Assembly: GCF_009914755.1 (NCBI RefSeq)
Contig: NC_060927.1
Length of the DNA: 64,000 nt
Reading direction: 5' to 3' (one strand)
From: the human T2T-CHM13v2.0 reference genome, Homo sapiens
Shown: one piece after another, positions 45,514 to 60,399 of the stretch
Position numbering within the stretch: the stretch's first letter is position 1
Layout of the letters: each line of letters begins with the position of its first letter
Position numbers and translations under genes: made by a program
The notes under the pieces: generated by a model
Seen by the model: the letters and a program-made list of their open reading frames with translations, nothing else
Told to the model about the DNA's origin: nothing
Database searches by the model: none

Positions 45514-46235
45514 CTGAAATACAGGGACTCTTTCATACAGAGCTCAGTGTGAAGTGTGGAAGGGCTCCGGAACTTACTGCCAGCTCCTCCTCACTGTACA
45601 CTACCCACTGGGTGCTGTCCATAACATGCGCTCCTCTTCTCCCAGCCCTGTTCAAAACTACAGAGCCTCAGATGGTGCTTCCCCAACCCATCATCTGTTC
45701 CCAGCAGGGATGTCTAGCGAGAGCCGGTTCCTTTGAACCTTGTGTGTTCCTCATATCTAGAATCCATCACATCCCCTCCCTCAAGCCCACTACAGGATGA
45801 TGTTTCAGATTAATCGAATTGAACTACCCAGAACAAAACAAAACAAAACAAAACATAAAAAGAGAGTGAGCGCCTTAAAATTTAGAACTCAAGGCAGAGG
45901 AAATGTTTTTGGTTTTGGTTTTTTGTTGTTTTTTTTTTCTCCCTTGCCTAAGATATTCTGATGATTACATAAAGCAATTATAGAATTTCTCGTTAACATT
46001 TGTAAATGTTAAAATTGGAGACCCAACTGTTACAGCTTGGCTGGTGAAGGAGCCCCTTCCTAGCCTCTGGCTCCCCTAGACAGTGGATCTTCTGATTCTT
46101 TCCAATCCCCTAAAACTATGACCTGCCCTGGCCAAGGCTTCTCCTACATATAATTATCCAACCTTCCTTTTGGATAAATTTTGGAATTTATCCAAAAATT
46201 CCTTACTGGGCTCCAGTGTGCTCACCAGGCCCTCG

Positions 46236-46373
46236 CTAAGGTCAAAGACTTTCACAAATGCCTCATTGCTTCTGTATCTCAACTCTGGACCTTTGCTTTG
46301 AAGGCCCCTGGAGCCTTGCATTTTCAGGTCCATCAAGTTACTCAACTGTATTTCTTCATCTTCCTTCAAAACT
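46236..46373 (+). repeat. Donor copy of a local ~136-bp duplication (second copy at 47717-47852)
   Basis: Manual alignment: ~17 substitutions plus one 2-bp indel (~87% identity). Confidence 0.92.
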
Positions 46374-46989
46374 TATACTTCCATACACTTTGTCAGGTGT
46401 AGAGGGTAAAGCTACTGACCAGAACACAAAATATATGGCAGAAAGGGAGGGTCCACAAGGGGAAAAACACATATTGCCAAAGACTTGCAATTCTTGAAGT
46501 ACAATGGAATGCTTCTTGGCCGAAAGCCGCCTACCATGTAGGGAAGTGTCAATAATCTTTGGCTGAGAAAGCACAGTCAAGTTTATTCAGCTGTCATTGG
46601 CTGAGAATATACACTAGCCCTCCAATCTCAGATGAAACTATTTACCATATGATATTATGATATGATATATGTTTCAAAGAAAAAAGTGTCATAGAAGTTA
46701 AGATTATAATGATTCAATGCTGTTAAATGGAGCATGCAAGAAATTAATTTCTCTTTCTGTTCTTTATGAGGCAAAGAGTTTCTGGTCAACAAAAGATATC
46801 CAGTGTTTGCTAACTGAGCTGACATAATTTCAGACAAAGGCAAAGAAACTTGACATGTTCATTAACTTGTACAGCTTTAACATTAGTAAGTAGACTATTT
46901 CTGTTAGGCTTTTTGAAACTCTATAAGATATTTTTAAGGTCCGCCCTGTTGGTTTTGCCACAAGCATTGATTCTCTTTCTTCTGGTGAC

Positions 46990-47420
46990 AGCGTCCTCTT
47001 TGTTTTTAGATAACACCTCCTCTCCCAGTCCCTTGACCTCAGCCAGCTTCAGAGATGGACATATGGCCAGAGCCAATGAGAGAATTCTCCTTTGGCTGTA
47101 AGGACTGTTAATTAATAATGACCTTGGAGAGACAAGCCTAGCACTCCTAAAAAAGTTAGAGATGAAATGATATATTCTTTTCCCTGGGGTTGTTGCCAGC
47201 CATATTGCGAGCAGGAGAGATGGGCCTGAGTATAGAGCTGACACAGAATGAGGCAAAGATGATGGTTGGAGAGCAAAAGCTGACAGTAGCTCCTAGGTTG
47301 TCTAACCAGAAGCCAGCTTTGCCTTTAATAATACTCCTCCCATCCTCTGTTTTTTTTTTTTTTTTTTCTGAAGCCAATTTCACTTGGTCTTTCACAACTT
47401 ACAACCAAAATAATTCTATC
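46990..47420 (+). mobile_element. Old MaLR LTR fragment (MLT1J/K-like)
   Basis: 'atggacatatggccagagccaatgagagaattctcc...aagccaatttcacttggtctttcacaacttacaacc'. Confidence 0.5.
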
Positions 47421-47579
47421 AAATCCCCCCTTCACCCCATTACTACCTAAACAGATCCTTGAGCTTAGGATCACTAGCCAAGCACCAAGGAGATCATAGG
47501 AATGTATTTGTTAGATCTGGACAATCTACATCCATATCCAGTTCAAGTCTCAAACTTGAATTCCTCAGGTCACGGATTC

Positions 47580-48020
47580 ATATTTCTTGGGCCCCTAACA
47601 TGTACAAAACCCTGCGCAGGATCTACGGGAAAACAGAATACTCTGCCTGCCCCTACAATCCTCACGATCCTCTTCCTATGTGGCCTTAGGATTAACCATG
47701 TCCTCCTTCTAGGAAACTAAGGTCAAAGACTTTCACAAATGCCTAATTGCTTCATTATCTCAACTGGATCCTTGCTTTGAAGGCCTCCCGAGACTTGCAT
47801 TTTAAGGTCCAGCGAGTTACTCAACTAAGTTTCTTCATCTTCTGTCAAAACTAGGAAACTAAAAGGAGGACATGGTTTTAATTATAAAGCCACATAGGAA
47901 GAGCTAAGGGCCTTTAGAGGACTACAGGGAATGTGCCACGAGAGTCCAGAGGAGAGAGAATCTTCTGGATGAGAACTGGGGAAGGCTTCATAAAAGAGCG
48001 TTCACTGAAGTTGGGCCTTG
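47580..48020 (-). mobile_element. L2 3' region carrying a complex insertion at 47670-47858
   Basis: L2-like 'cctaacatgtacaaaaccctgcgc...ctcacgatc' continues as 'taattataa...ggggaaggcttcata...tgaagttgggccttga'. Confidence 0.55.
47717..47852 (+). repeat. Second copy of the local duplication, flanked by direct CTAGGAAACTAA and ~43-bp inverted arms
   Basis: ctaggaaactaa at 47709-47720 and 47851-47862; inverted arms 47670-47712 and 47859-47903. Confidence 0.9.
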
Positions 48021-50502
48021 ACAGCTTAAGTCAGTTGTAGCTGAGCTACACTACAACCGCACTCTGCCTCCTGGTCCAGTGTATGGCAGCTTAAAACCAA
48101 CAGGGATCAATGCCAAAACAGGACCAGGCCCTGGAGGAGTCAGACAGCTGCTATTGGGTCCCCAGGCCCTACAAATGGATGTGTAGGGCCTCATGTGGAG
48201 GGAGACAGGGTGCAGGCGATCCAGAGATATATTAGGGGATCACAGGACAAGGGCTACCTGCCTGTAGATTCACTCAGAGCATCCAGCCATCATAAAGCAT
48301 TCATGCGATATCACAGAGTCACAAAGTCAAAGTAGCAGGGACTTTGGGAATTAATCAGCCTGCCCATTTGACAGAGAAGGGCCTGGAAACCTGAGGACAT
48401 CAATGACTTGTCCAAGATCACTCCTGCAGAGTCATTCTCAGGATCCTAGGCTCCAGGGCCCTGACCCTGGAGCTGAAATGAGATACCATGCTTATTTCAA
48501 TTCTATCCAGCAGGAGTGAGAGGATTCTGGAATTCTATTTTGATTGACTCAGTCTTTTATCTGGATAGCTTCCTGAGACTCACCTTGCTTCTACATATCC
48601 CTTGATTTTAAGATGAGGATGAGCCTCCCCCAAGGCTGAGTCATGCAGGACTAAAGGACTTCTGCTGGCTCTTGAGTGAAGCCCTCACTGGGGATGCACT
48701 CTTCCCTGAGCTGCTCATGGGCCCCTGGTGAAATGTGGATGCTGTCATGTGAAGGCAGTTTGGGGATCTGGTCCCACTGCTTACCAAGCCTCTCCTCCAG
48801 AGTGTCTGTAATGAAAAAAGTAGAGAAATAATTATTTGACATACCAAGAGGAAGGCAGGGCACACATGAGTTGGAATCCTTTACCAAAGGCACATGAAGA
48901 ACCCTTGGGCAAGGTGAAGAGGGAGCCACTTCTATTATTATTACTTCCTAATAATCTTCTCTTTCTCTTGTGCAGTTTTTACCATTCACATCCATTTTCA
49001 TGTGACTTTCTTAACAACCTTCCTTGTGAAGCAGTTAAGACAGGATTTTTTTAAATCCCCTTTCCCAGATGAAGTAACTGAGGCTCAGTGATGGGATCTG
49101 AGAAGGAACAGAAGTCAGGACAGTCGAGACCCCACCTGTCTCACTGGGTGGCCAGCACTTGCTTCACATCATCCGAGGGGTGTCTCTTGCCCCACAGCCA
49201 GTCCTGAACTGCCACTTTGGCTGACAAACAATGAGAAACCAGGGGCCTTTGTGTTAGTAATGTGGGAACGGAGGCAGGAGTTTCCTTCGTCCTGGCACTC
49301 ACAGCAAACCTCTGATACTAGTAACAGGCCTGATTAGAAGTAGAGTTATCGTGGAAGTAAATAAGCAACAGACTGACAAGCAAACCAATGAATTTGCTCC
49401 CACATTAATTTAGTGCACAGACATTGACAGTGTTTTAACTGTGGTGCTGAAGATGGACATGAGACCACATCTAACACATGGTCTTTGCTTCAGGGGAGCA
49501 TTCATTCTATTAGGAGAAAAAATACTTGTGCAGACAAATAAATGACCACATACCATGACAAGAGCCACAACATGGATAGATATAATGTGTCCTGGAAGTC
49601 CAGAGGAGGAGAAGGATATGACTAAGCCTCCTTCCCATGTGATCAAGCTTTGAGCTTCTCAAGGGCAGCAGGGACTGGCATAACTCATCTTTCCCACTCT
49701 ATCAAACATAACAGTAGGAACATCAGAGATCACAGTTAGTGCTTGCTGAGTAAATTCTCCTGGGGAGTCATGAAAGGTTCTGCAGTGCAGGCAACCTGAG
49801 CTATGTGATTGAATTTGCAAAGTCCCTGAGCTACTTGTCCTGGGACAAGGACCCCAACCATCAAAGCCTTCCCTTGGATCTATGCTCAGGATCTATGCTA
49901 AGAATCAGCTGGCCCTGGAGGCCTCTCTTACCTGCTACAGTTATCTTAAAAGGCAGAGTTAGATCAAGGCTCAGAGAACATCATAGTCACGGTAGCCCTG
50001 CTCATCCATCAGGGCTTGAACACCTCACCTTGAACAAGGGAGATAAGAGAATAAAATAACACCTGACACGGCCTTATCACCTGATAATACAACTTCAGTT
50101 TTTCCATTAAAATAACTGAGAGCCATAGTCCTGTGCTTTGGCTGATAAAGAGATCACAGGAAACAAAGCTATTAATTTTTATCGCTGCAGTGCAATAGCA
50201 CATTTGAGTGAATACAATATATCCAAGGGGAAAAATACTTTCTCTAACAGTGGAAGTTAGAAAATTTTTTTCTCCTCCTAACTTCCATTTCTCACACCTT
50301 GTTCATCACTAACCTCGAGGAATTTTTAAGCCCATATATATTAAACCTAGTGGATCTAACCATGCTTTCACCATTGCAGCATGTTATAAATATGTCTTTC
50401 TCTCCTTACCCTAAACCCATTCTTTGAGGATTTGGTACAGATATTTAGAATACACCTTAAGAGACAAGTTAATTGCCTCTCTAGTCCTCAATATTCCTAT
50501 CT

Positions 50503-50804
50503 TTATTTATTTATATTTATTTATTTGAGACAGAGTCTCACTGTCCCCCAGGCTGGAGCGCAGTGACAAAATTTTGGCTCACTGCAACCTCTGCCTCTGG
50601 GATTCAAGCAATTCTCCTGCCTCAGTCTCCTGAATAGCTGAGACTACAGGTGCATGCCACCATGCCTAGCTAATTTTTGTACTTTTAGTAGAGACAGGGT
50701 TTCGCCATGTTGTCAGGCTGGTCTCGAACTCCTGACCTCAAGCGATCTACCCGCCTCAGTTCCGAAAGTGCTGGGATTACAGGTGTGAGCCACCACACCT
50801 GGCT
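50503..50804 (-). mobile_element. Alu (AluS-type) inserted in a MIR
   Basis: Antisense Alu with (TTTA)n tail; TSD-like atattcctatcttta/atatttctgtcttta. Confidence 0.96.
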
Positions 50805-52178
50805 GATATTTCTGTCTTTAAAATGAAGAGTCAGACAGTTGCTCTCCATGATCGCTTCCAGCTTTAATACTCCAGGATCCCATGACTGAAGAAGACACAG
50901 ATTGGGTCAGTTTTGATGACACAGGCAGTCTCTCTAAGCATGAGAGTTGTCAGATAACAGTAGAATCTGGCAACCACCATCCCTGCTCTAGGCTCCATGC
51001 CTCAGGGGCCCCAGCTCTGGCCTTCCCCATTGGGTAGGAGTCTATGGGGCCACATGAATGTGTGCTCCTGGAACCCATCTCCCCCTTTCCTACCAAAACC
51101 TGGGTGTTTGGGCCCCTGAAATTGCCTATGCAAATGGCCCAAAGCCTGCTTCCGGGTGCTTGTTCACCTCTCCCCTGGTTCCTCATCCCCAGAGCAGATC
51201 ACAGACCCAGGGGCCACAGCCCTAGGACAAGAGGGTGGTCCAGGGGTAGGAAATGTGATTGATGTTCTGCTTCCAAATCTTGCCCTTCCCTGCCATCAGA
51301 ACACTTGGGTGGAAATGTCTGAGAAGGATTTGTCTTTAGGGGGTGCCTACACCCATCAATGCTAGGCCGCCAGTGGTATATAGCATAACCAGGAATGGGC
51401 AAGGGTATGTCCAGTAGCCTACATTTGTACTTGTACCTGGCCTGCAAATGCTGGAGTAGGGGCTGACAGATATAAGACAAGAGGCTAGGAAAGATCCTCA
51501 CTAACGGTGGTAGAGGGTGGAACAGGAAGCAGGTAACTGGCTATGGGCTTCCTAAGAAGGAACTGTCTAACTGGGAAGTTTGCTTGATGGCCCCACAGGC
51601 AAACCCAGGCTCTTTCACAAGCTGGCCTCAGGTCTCATCTCTGAAGGAATTTAATTTTACATTTAAATTTGAGTCTTAGTACCTCTTAGGCTTGCTTCAG
51701 AACGAATGGTTTCCTTGTAATTGATACCTTAACTATTTCTTAAAATAAACAAAAAACCTAGCAAAGACGTAGAATAAAAGCACCAGATGGTTAAACATAT
51801 AGATCTGGCAGTGTATGCAAGAAAGGAAGTGATCATGTCAGGAACCTCAGATATGTTTGTTACTAAATGTAAGAATAAAATAGCACCAACCCCCCTGACT
51901 GCCATGGCAAAAACAGAAAAGTGATGAATTGCCCGGCTTTGATTATGTGATCAAAAGTGTCATTATCCATTCTTCAGAGGAGACAACCTTCTTCTACTGG
52001 GCAGAAGATCTGAGGAAGAGTTTTATCACCTGAATCCTTATATGAGGGATACAAAGTCACATAAAGGACCAGATCTTCAACACTGATCTTTCAGGCAATG
52101 GGGAAACATTCTACATATAACAAATTATTATACTGACACTTAAATAAAAGCTGAGAACACGATATTTTTTTAAAAGTT

Positions 52179-52471
52179 GGCCAGGTGTGGTGGCTCACGC
52201 GTGTAATCCCAGCACTTTGGGAGGCCAAGATGAGTGGATCACCTGAAGTCAGGAGTTCGAGACCAGCCTGGCCAACATGGTGAAACCCTGTCTCTACTAA
52301 AAATACAAAAATTAGCTGGGCAAGGTGGTGGGTGCCTATAATCCCAGCTACAGGAGGCTGAGGCAGGAGAATCGCTTGAATCTGGGAGGCAGAGGTTGCA
52401 GTGAGCCAAGATCATACCACTGTTCTCAAGCCTGGGTGACAGAGCGAGACTCTGTCTCAAAAAAAAAAAAA
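52179..52471 (+). mobile_element. Alu (AluSx-like)
   Basis: Alu consensus, poly(A), TSD aaaagtt. Confidence 0.97.
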
Positions 52472-54769
52472 GTTGTGCAGTCATTGCCACAAGAACCTGA
52501 GCTAATATCATCTAAATAACCAAAATTGATGCCAGAACATAATTTAGAAGCATCAAAGGAATGGACGATTTAGTCAAACACTTCTCACACGTCTCTACCC
52601 AGTCATCTTAATGGTACCCCATGGAAGAGGGAAGTGAAATTGTATCCTGTAGAATCTGGAGGCAGAAAATCCATCACTCTTCCTCTACCCTTCAAGCAAG
52701 GTGAAACTGAAAAGTTTTCTTTTTAAAAGGTATTCACTTTTAGCATACTACTTTATAAAAATATATGTTTATCTTATGATAAAGTTGATTTCCTTAAAAT
52801 CTTTCCTGAAGTTGATATCCCAGAAATGCTATAGCTTTGGGTGTGCCTGGTACTATCAAGTAACCCAAATATTTGTAAAAATATGGCTTAGATAGTCTCT
52901 TACTTATTCTTTAAAACAAACTGATGGGACAGGTGTTAGCCATTTTTATGAATAGAGAATTTGAAGAATAGACAGATCAAGTAATTTTCCTAACAGCACG
53001 TGAGACTAAAGTATGTAATGCTTGAATGAAGCCCAGATTTCCTAACTGCAAGGCCAGTCCTTCTTTTTTTTGTTTGTTTGTTTTTTGTTTTTGTTTTTGT
53101 TTTTTTTGCTTCTATAGTATTAATTTTATCATTTATCAAAGAATGAAGGAGTGAGTTGGGTGGTCCAATGAAAGTCTCTGGAGTAGCATTACTGAGGCGC
53201 AATACCTACTGAGCCTATGATGCACCAGGTTAATTAAAACCACTGCACCAGGCTTCCAATATCCCCACATTCTTGACCCTGACATCCATAAATGTCGAAT
53301 GTATTGGCAGATTCCTCCATAGGATGAGCCACACATACTTAACATTTTTCTCTATAATCAGTTTATATACATCATCAACTGCACATGCCTGGAGAAGGAA
53401 AGAGGATTCTCCTTTCCCAGGGCTCCCCAGCAAATGTCTCAAATTGTTGTAACAGTGATGGTGAACTTCCCTTCTCCTTGAGGCAAATAATGGGTCCTGA
53501 AAGCTGCATGAGGCAATGAGCAGGCTGGAAAGCTAAGTCTGGTGACAGGGGTCCTGGTCCTGACTCTCACTGGAAGGTTGTGGGAAAACCATTTAACCCA
53601 CTGGTGCAGGGTGTGCCGGGGTATGATAACAAGAGCTGCCTTCAGCCACTTTCCGAAGAAGATGGTGAGAAATAGTGAGATAATGTCTGGGAAGCACTTG
53701 AACTGCTGAGAAGCAGGAGGCTGCATAAGCACAAGGTGTTGTTACTTCCAAGCCCGCATCAGCCAGGGACATCACAGTTAAGGTTCCTACAGAAACTCCC
53801 TCACTCCCTCCACATGAAAGAACTGGCCAATCCTTCACCTTCTCATCCAGTTGAATTTCCCAAGCTTTGGAGGATTTGTAGGAAGTCAATCATCTGGTTA
53901 GAGATAATGAGTGCTGTTGAAGTGAAAACTTAGATCTTAAAATCACAGACCCTCAGAGCTAAAAAGGATATCAGCAATCTAGCTTATATTTCTTGTTTAG
54001 AGAAGAGAAAGCTGAGTCCAGAAGGTTTCATATATAACACACGTTCCCTGAAGGCCTTCTAGGCACTAGATAGGTGCTAGGATAAGAAGATGACTAGTGT
54101 CTGGCCTCTGACTTCACAGAACTCTGCTTAGTGGGGGAAACAGGCACATTCACAATTTGTGCACAATGTGATACGGGTGTTATTGCAAAGTGCCACCAGG
54201 ACTACCACAAAAACAGAGCTTAAGCTGTCCTGTAGCTGCGTGTCCCTGTGCAAATCACTTCAACACTTTGAAGCTCAGACAAATGGAAGCAGGAGAAATT
54301 ACATCAACTTCTATCATTTTTATCATGTTTGACAGCTCCCCAGCAATTTCATAATCACTGGCTGACTTGATTCTTAAAAGAAAACAAGGAAGGAAACACT
54401 AAGACTCTCTCCACACTACAGAGGCAAAACCTAAGGCTTTGAGAGATGGAGTCCCAGGCGCATGGCCCTGATCTCACTCTCGAATGTGACATCTGGAAAA
54501 AAATCAGGAAGGTAAGTGGACTCTGGTCCTCAATAGCCTGTCTCTCTATAGGTGAACATCAGTGATACCTAATTTACTGCTAGCATTCATGTTCTACCAA
54601 TCTGTAAATCCCTCAAAGGGTTGAAGGCTACCTAGTATTGGGTCAGTTCTTGATAAGTATTTGTTATAATCAGAAAACTCTGAAAGAAGCCAGCATTTTT
54701 TCCTCCAAACTCAGATACTAATAAGACATTCATTAATTGAAATGACTTAATATGTTTTAGTAAGATCTT

Positions 54770-55770
<1,001 letters not shown>

Positions 55771-56072
55771 TTGAATATGATGTTTCCTTTTAAGGAAAAT
55801 AATAGAAAGTATTGACACGTCTCCAGGGAGACCACAATATGCTGGAAAGATTAAGGTCTCTGGGGTCGAAGGGCCTGGGATGATTTTTCAGATCTACTAC
55901 TGACAACATGGCCTCTGGCAAGTTGCTCACCTCTCCCAGCCTCACTCTCCTGTCTGTAGAATGGAGACAGGCGGCACTCTGCCTTCATACAGATTGTGCA
56001 GTAGTTGTCATGAAAATGCTTCTTAAATGGTGCAAGTAGCTCTTACCTGACTTTTAGAAGATGATATACTGA

Positions 56073-56422
<350 letters not shown>

Positions 56423-56869
56423 TTAAATTGGTGCTCACTGAGGGCTTACATATTCTCAAGCACCAAGCAACGTCCTTACGTAGCTACAATGGCCTATGTC
56501 TTATGTTGGAATATGTTTAATCAGAATTTCTTAGCAATCTGAAAGATTAGGCCTTTGAGTTTTTTTTAGTTTGCTTGATTTTGTCTTTGTTTATTTACAT
56601 GTCTCATTTTTTATTTAATAGAAGCAAATGCAGAACAAGGCCTGGATTAGCTGATCAACAGTGGGATGGTGTGTTTCCTAAAGCCCAGGATCTCCACCTC
56701 ACCCAGGGAAATGTTGCAGTCTTTTCTGAGTTTATTTCTACTATAAGAATTGCACTATCATATTTGCTAGAGGTCAAAGCATTTCCTACTTTGGGAAGAT
56801 GGAAAATTTGATAAACCTAATACACAATGAAACTAATTATCAGACACAGAAGCCCAGAGGGGTGCAGAG

Positions 56870-57390
56870 AACATTTTTCACGCTTTGGCCCTAGAGCCCC
56901 ATTTCCCCTTTCTAGAAGCATCTCACTCTCAGTCCACGAGGTCTGAGTGGGACCTGTCCCCAGCCCTGGGGTGGAATGCATGGCTCAGGCCTACATCAGT
57001 TAGTGCACTGCAGTCACCAGCCCCCGTGATTGGCTCACAAGAGGGCATGTGATAGAAGAAGCCTCATCAGAGCGAACCTTAGGGTTTTTGCAGAGAAGGC
57101 TGGGACAGAGAACTTTCCTACTTCCCCCACTGCACATTATCCTAAAGGACTTCACCCTGGAAACTTATGGAGGTCTTCTTGAGAGAAAAGAGAATGTTAG
57201 AATGGAGGTAACATAAAGGAAGAAGAGCTAAAAGATGGAGAGAGCAAAACCAGATCCCAAGAACACAGCCAAAGCCAGATGTCCTCCTGGCATCTCAGTT
57301 GTACAAGCTAATCTGTTGTCTCCCACATTCCCAACCATGTGAACTTTTTTTTTTTTTTGGCTGAGTCTGATCTATCACTTGCGACAACTG
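56870..57390 (+). mobile_element. Old MaLR LTR (MLT1J/K-like)
   Basis: 'gcatggctcaggcct...cccccgtgattggctc...gggcatgtga...tctatcacttgcgac'. Confidence 0.5.
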
Positions 57391-58022
57391 GCACTAGTGG
57401 GGCCCCATGCACACGCACACAACCACACTCAATATTTCTTTCCACATGTGGAAAGCAGGATGGTGTCACAGCAGAAGCCCAGGCCTGGAAGGCAAGAGAT
57501 CTAGGTCTGTCTGTGGCTTTGTCTCTTTGACATTCAACTTCTTCAGCTATAAGGTGGCCGGGGAAGGGGGAGGTTGGACAAATAAGCTCAAGATGCCTTC
57601 CTGCTCTGACACTCTCTGAATCTGTCAACCTGAACGTCTTGGTGCTCCTGGGGCCATTGAGATTGCTGGATCCTGATTCTTTGAAGCATTTCATTCATTA
57701 TGGTAAAGAAGGGTTTAAGTGGCCACCAACAGAGAGACGTGAAGTACATGAAACAATTAGGTTCTCTGTATCTCCAGCAGAATTGGCCCCAGAAGAGGGT
57801 CAGGCTTTGCAAAGACACAGAACATTTTTCCCGCTGGGCTCCTTGGGAAAAGGTCTCAGCATTATGGAGGGTGTCTCTGGCTATTCACAGCTTGCCAGTG
57901 GGAACAGCCAAGAAGGAGAAGAGGTCACATGGCCAGGCCTGCTGCCGGCACAGAATGTTCTGTGCAGCTGATGGCTGGGCAGGGATGAGGTTTGCCCGAT
58001 CCCCTGCTGAGGCTTCCTATGA

Positions 58023-58474
<452 letters not shown>

Positions 58475-59579
58475 TGCATTGTGTTTTTAAACCTCACAAC
58501 AACCTGGTTGTCCCCTAATATCACTTCCAGCTTATAGGTGTAGAAACCATAGCTCAATGAGCTGAAGTTGCAGTAATTTACCCATGGTCACACAGTAACA
58601 GAACCACAGTTAATTTCCCTAAATGAAGACAAGATAAGGGCTTGCATGGTGATCTTGCCATGCCATGAACAGGAGCTGCAAACACAGGGATCAAAACATG
58701 TGCTCCAGTCGCTTCTCACAGCTGCTTTGGTAAACACTCTGAGACAGTGTGTGTCACTTTCTTGACTGGACTGTGAGTTCTTGGACATCAGGGCCCTGCA
58801 TGATCCAATTATATGTGTCTCCCACAGTTCCTTGCACAAAACAGGAATGTGAAAAGCAGTTTCTCTCTGGCCAACCACTGACCCCAGAGAAGGATTGGCC
58901 CCAACCAAAGGTCAGCAACTGGATGTACTTCGGGGCCAAGCAGGCAGTGGAAACACAAGAAATACCCAGCAAAGTATGAGACAGAAGTGCGTGGTGGAAG
59001 ACTAAAGGAACAAAATGTACGGGACTGGCCTAAGTCATTCAGGTCAAAAATTTTCAGAAGGAGTGTACAGCCAAAGAAACGAAAACAAAAACAAAACCAG
59101 GAAGACCGAATGGGGCCCCAGAGCATCAGCTTACAGCCCTCACTATGACTCCACCCCGACCATTTAGTTTGATGTGGAATTGACAGGTATCCCTCCCACA
59201 CTGTAACTCCAGTCTTCCAAGATGGAGACCATGGCTGAGACACTTTATGTCTGGTTCTCATTTAACGCAGCATGTGGCACAGAGTAGATATTTAGTAAAT
59301 GTTTGCCAAATAAGCTCTTAAAATTAAATTTTTCCAAACTGGTATAAGCCTCGCGACGACAAAGATGTGTGAGGAAAGCTACTGACTTAGTTTCCACTGA
59401 CTTAGTTTTTCTAGTTTCACTGGAAACCAGAATGTTGATTGTGTTGTTTGGATGGAGAACCACCCATAGCAAGTGTCTGTATGTATCATAATACCTAGAG
59501 GATCTTTTGGACAACTGGTTGGCCTCCATACTCTAAAATAAGAAATATATACAGCTCTTAATTCTGTAAGATATCTAAT

Positions 59580-59995
59580 CAATCACTGATTCACTCAACA
59601 GGGATGACACTGAGATGATAATGGTGAGAAAAAAACAGATGTAACTGCCTTTCCTTGTGGAACTTATGGTCTAGTAATCAGCTAATCACATAAATAAATG
59701 CAAAATCATAGTACAACAAGTGCTCAGAAGCATATAGCACTTTAAGAGGCCTGGTTTGGGAGGATCAAGGAAGTAATGCATGTGTTGGCTAAAGAGGAGA
59801 AAAACCAGCAGATTCAAGTCCCCTGTGGAAAAAGTAGACTTTTCCCTGTGGAAAAGCAAAGAAGAGGATGTGTAAGGCCGACGTGGCCAAGCCCTGGAGG
59901 AAGTGAGCATATGGTTTAAGAGGCTGATAGAGGTCAGACCATTCCCAGTTTGTAGGCTTCGGAAAGAATCCTTGTCTTTGTCCTAAGAGCAATGC
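59580..59995 (-). mobile_element. L2 relic
   Basis: 'ggaacttatggtctagt...ggaggatcaaggaag...ctttgtcctaagagcaatg'. Confidence 0.55.
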
Positions 59996-60399
59996 GGTGT
60001 ATCTACTCTGCTAGAGAAAAAGAATAGTCGAATAATGCTATAGTTCTCCCTTCCTCTAACCTGCACTCTTTACACAGGCTTTTATGTTGCTGCCCACCTT
60101 CTCTCTATGTGGGATGTGGCAAGGGAAACATGTTTTAAACTCTTGAAGATGTAAAAGTTATTTCCTTCTTAGAGTCTGAGCTGCAAATGGCATTTCTCTC
60201 TTAGTGTACCACGACATTGCCACAGAAACACCATTAGATACCCCTCTGGGAGCAGAAGCTCAGAGCCCTACCATTAGTTACTTTATGTCCAGTATCACAT
60301 CAGCCAGCAGTTTCTCATCTTTTGGATTAAGCAGACCACATTTTAACCTAAAAAATATAGGTGTCCCAATTAATACTACTTATCCTTTAGAAATTCTGA

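Noticed and set aside
46154-46369. 71-aa protein-like minus-strand ORF over the duplication donor
   Set aside because: Non-ATG start, no convincing splice acceptor, no recognised homology, and the frame is broken in the second copy.
59380-59860. Short direct duplications (actgacttagttt x2; ccctgtggaaaa x2)
   Set aside because: Ordinary 12-15-bp slippage duplications with no further structure.
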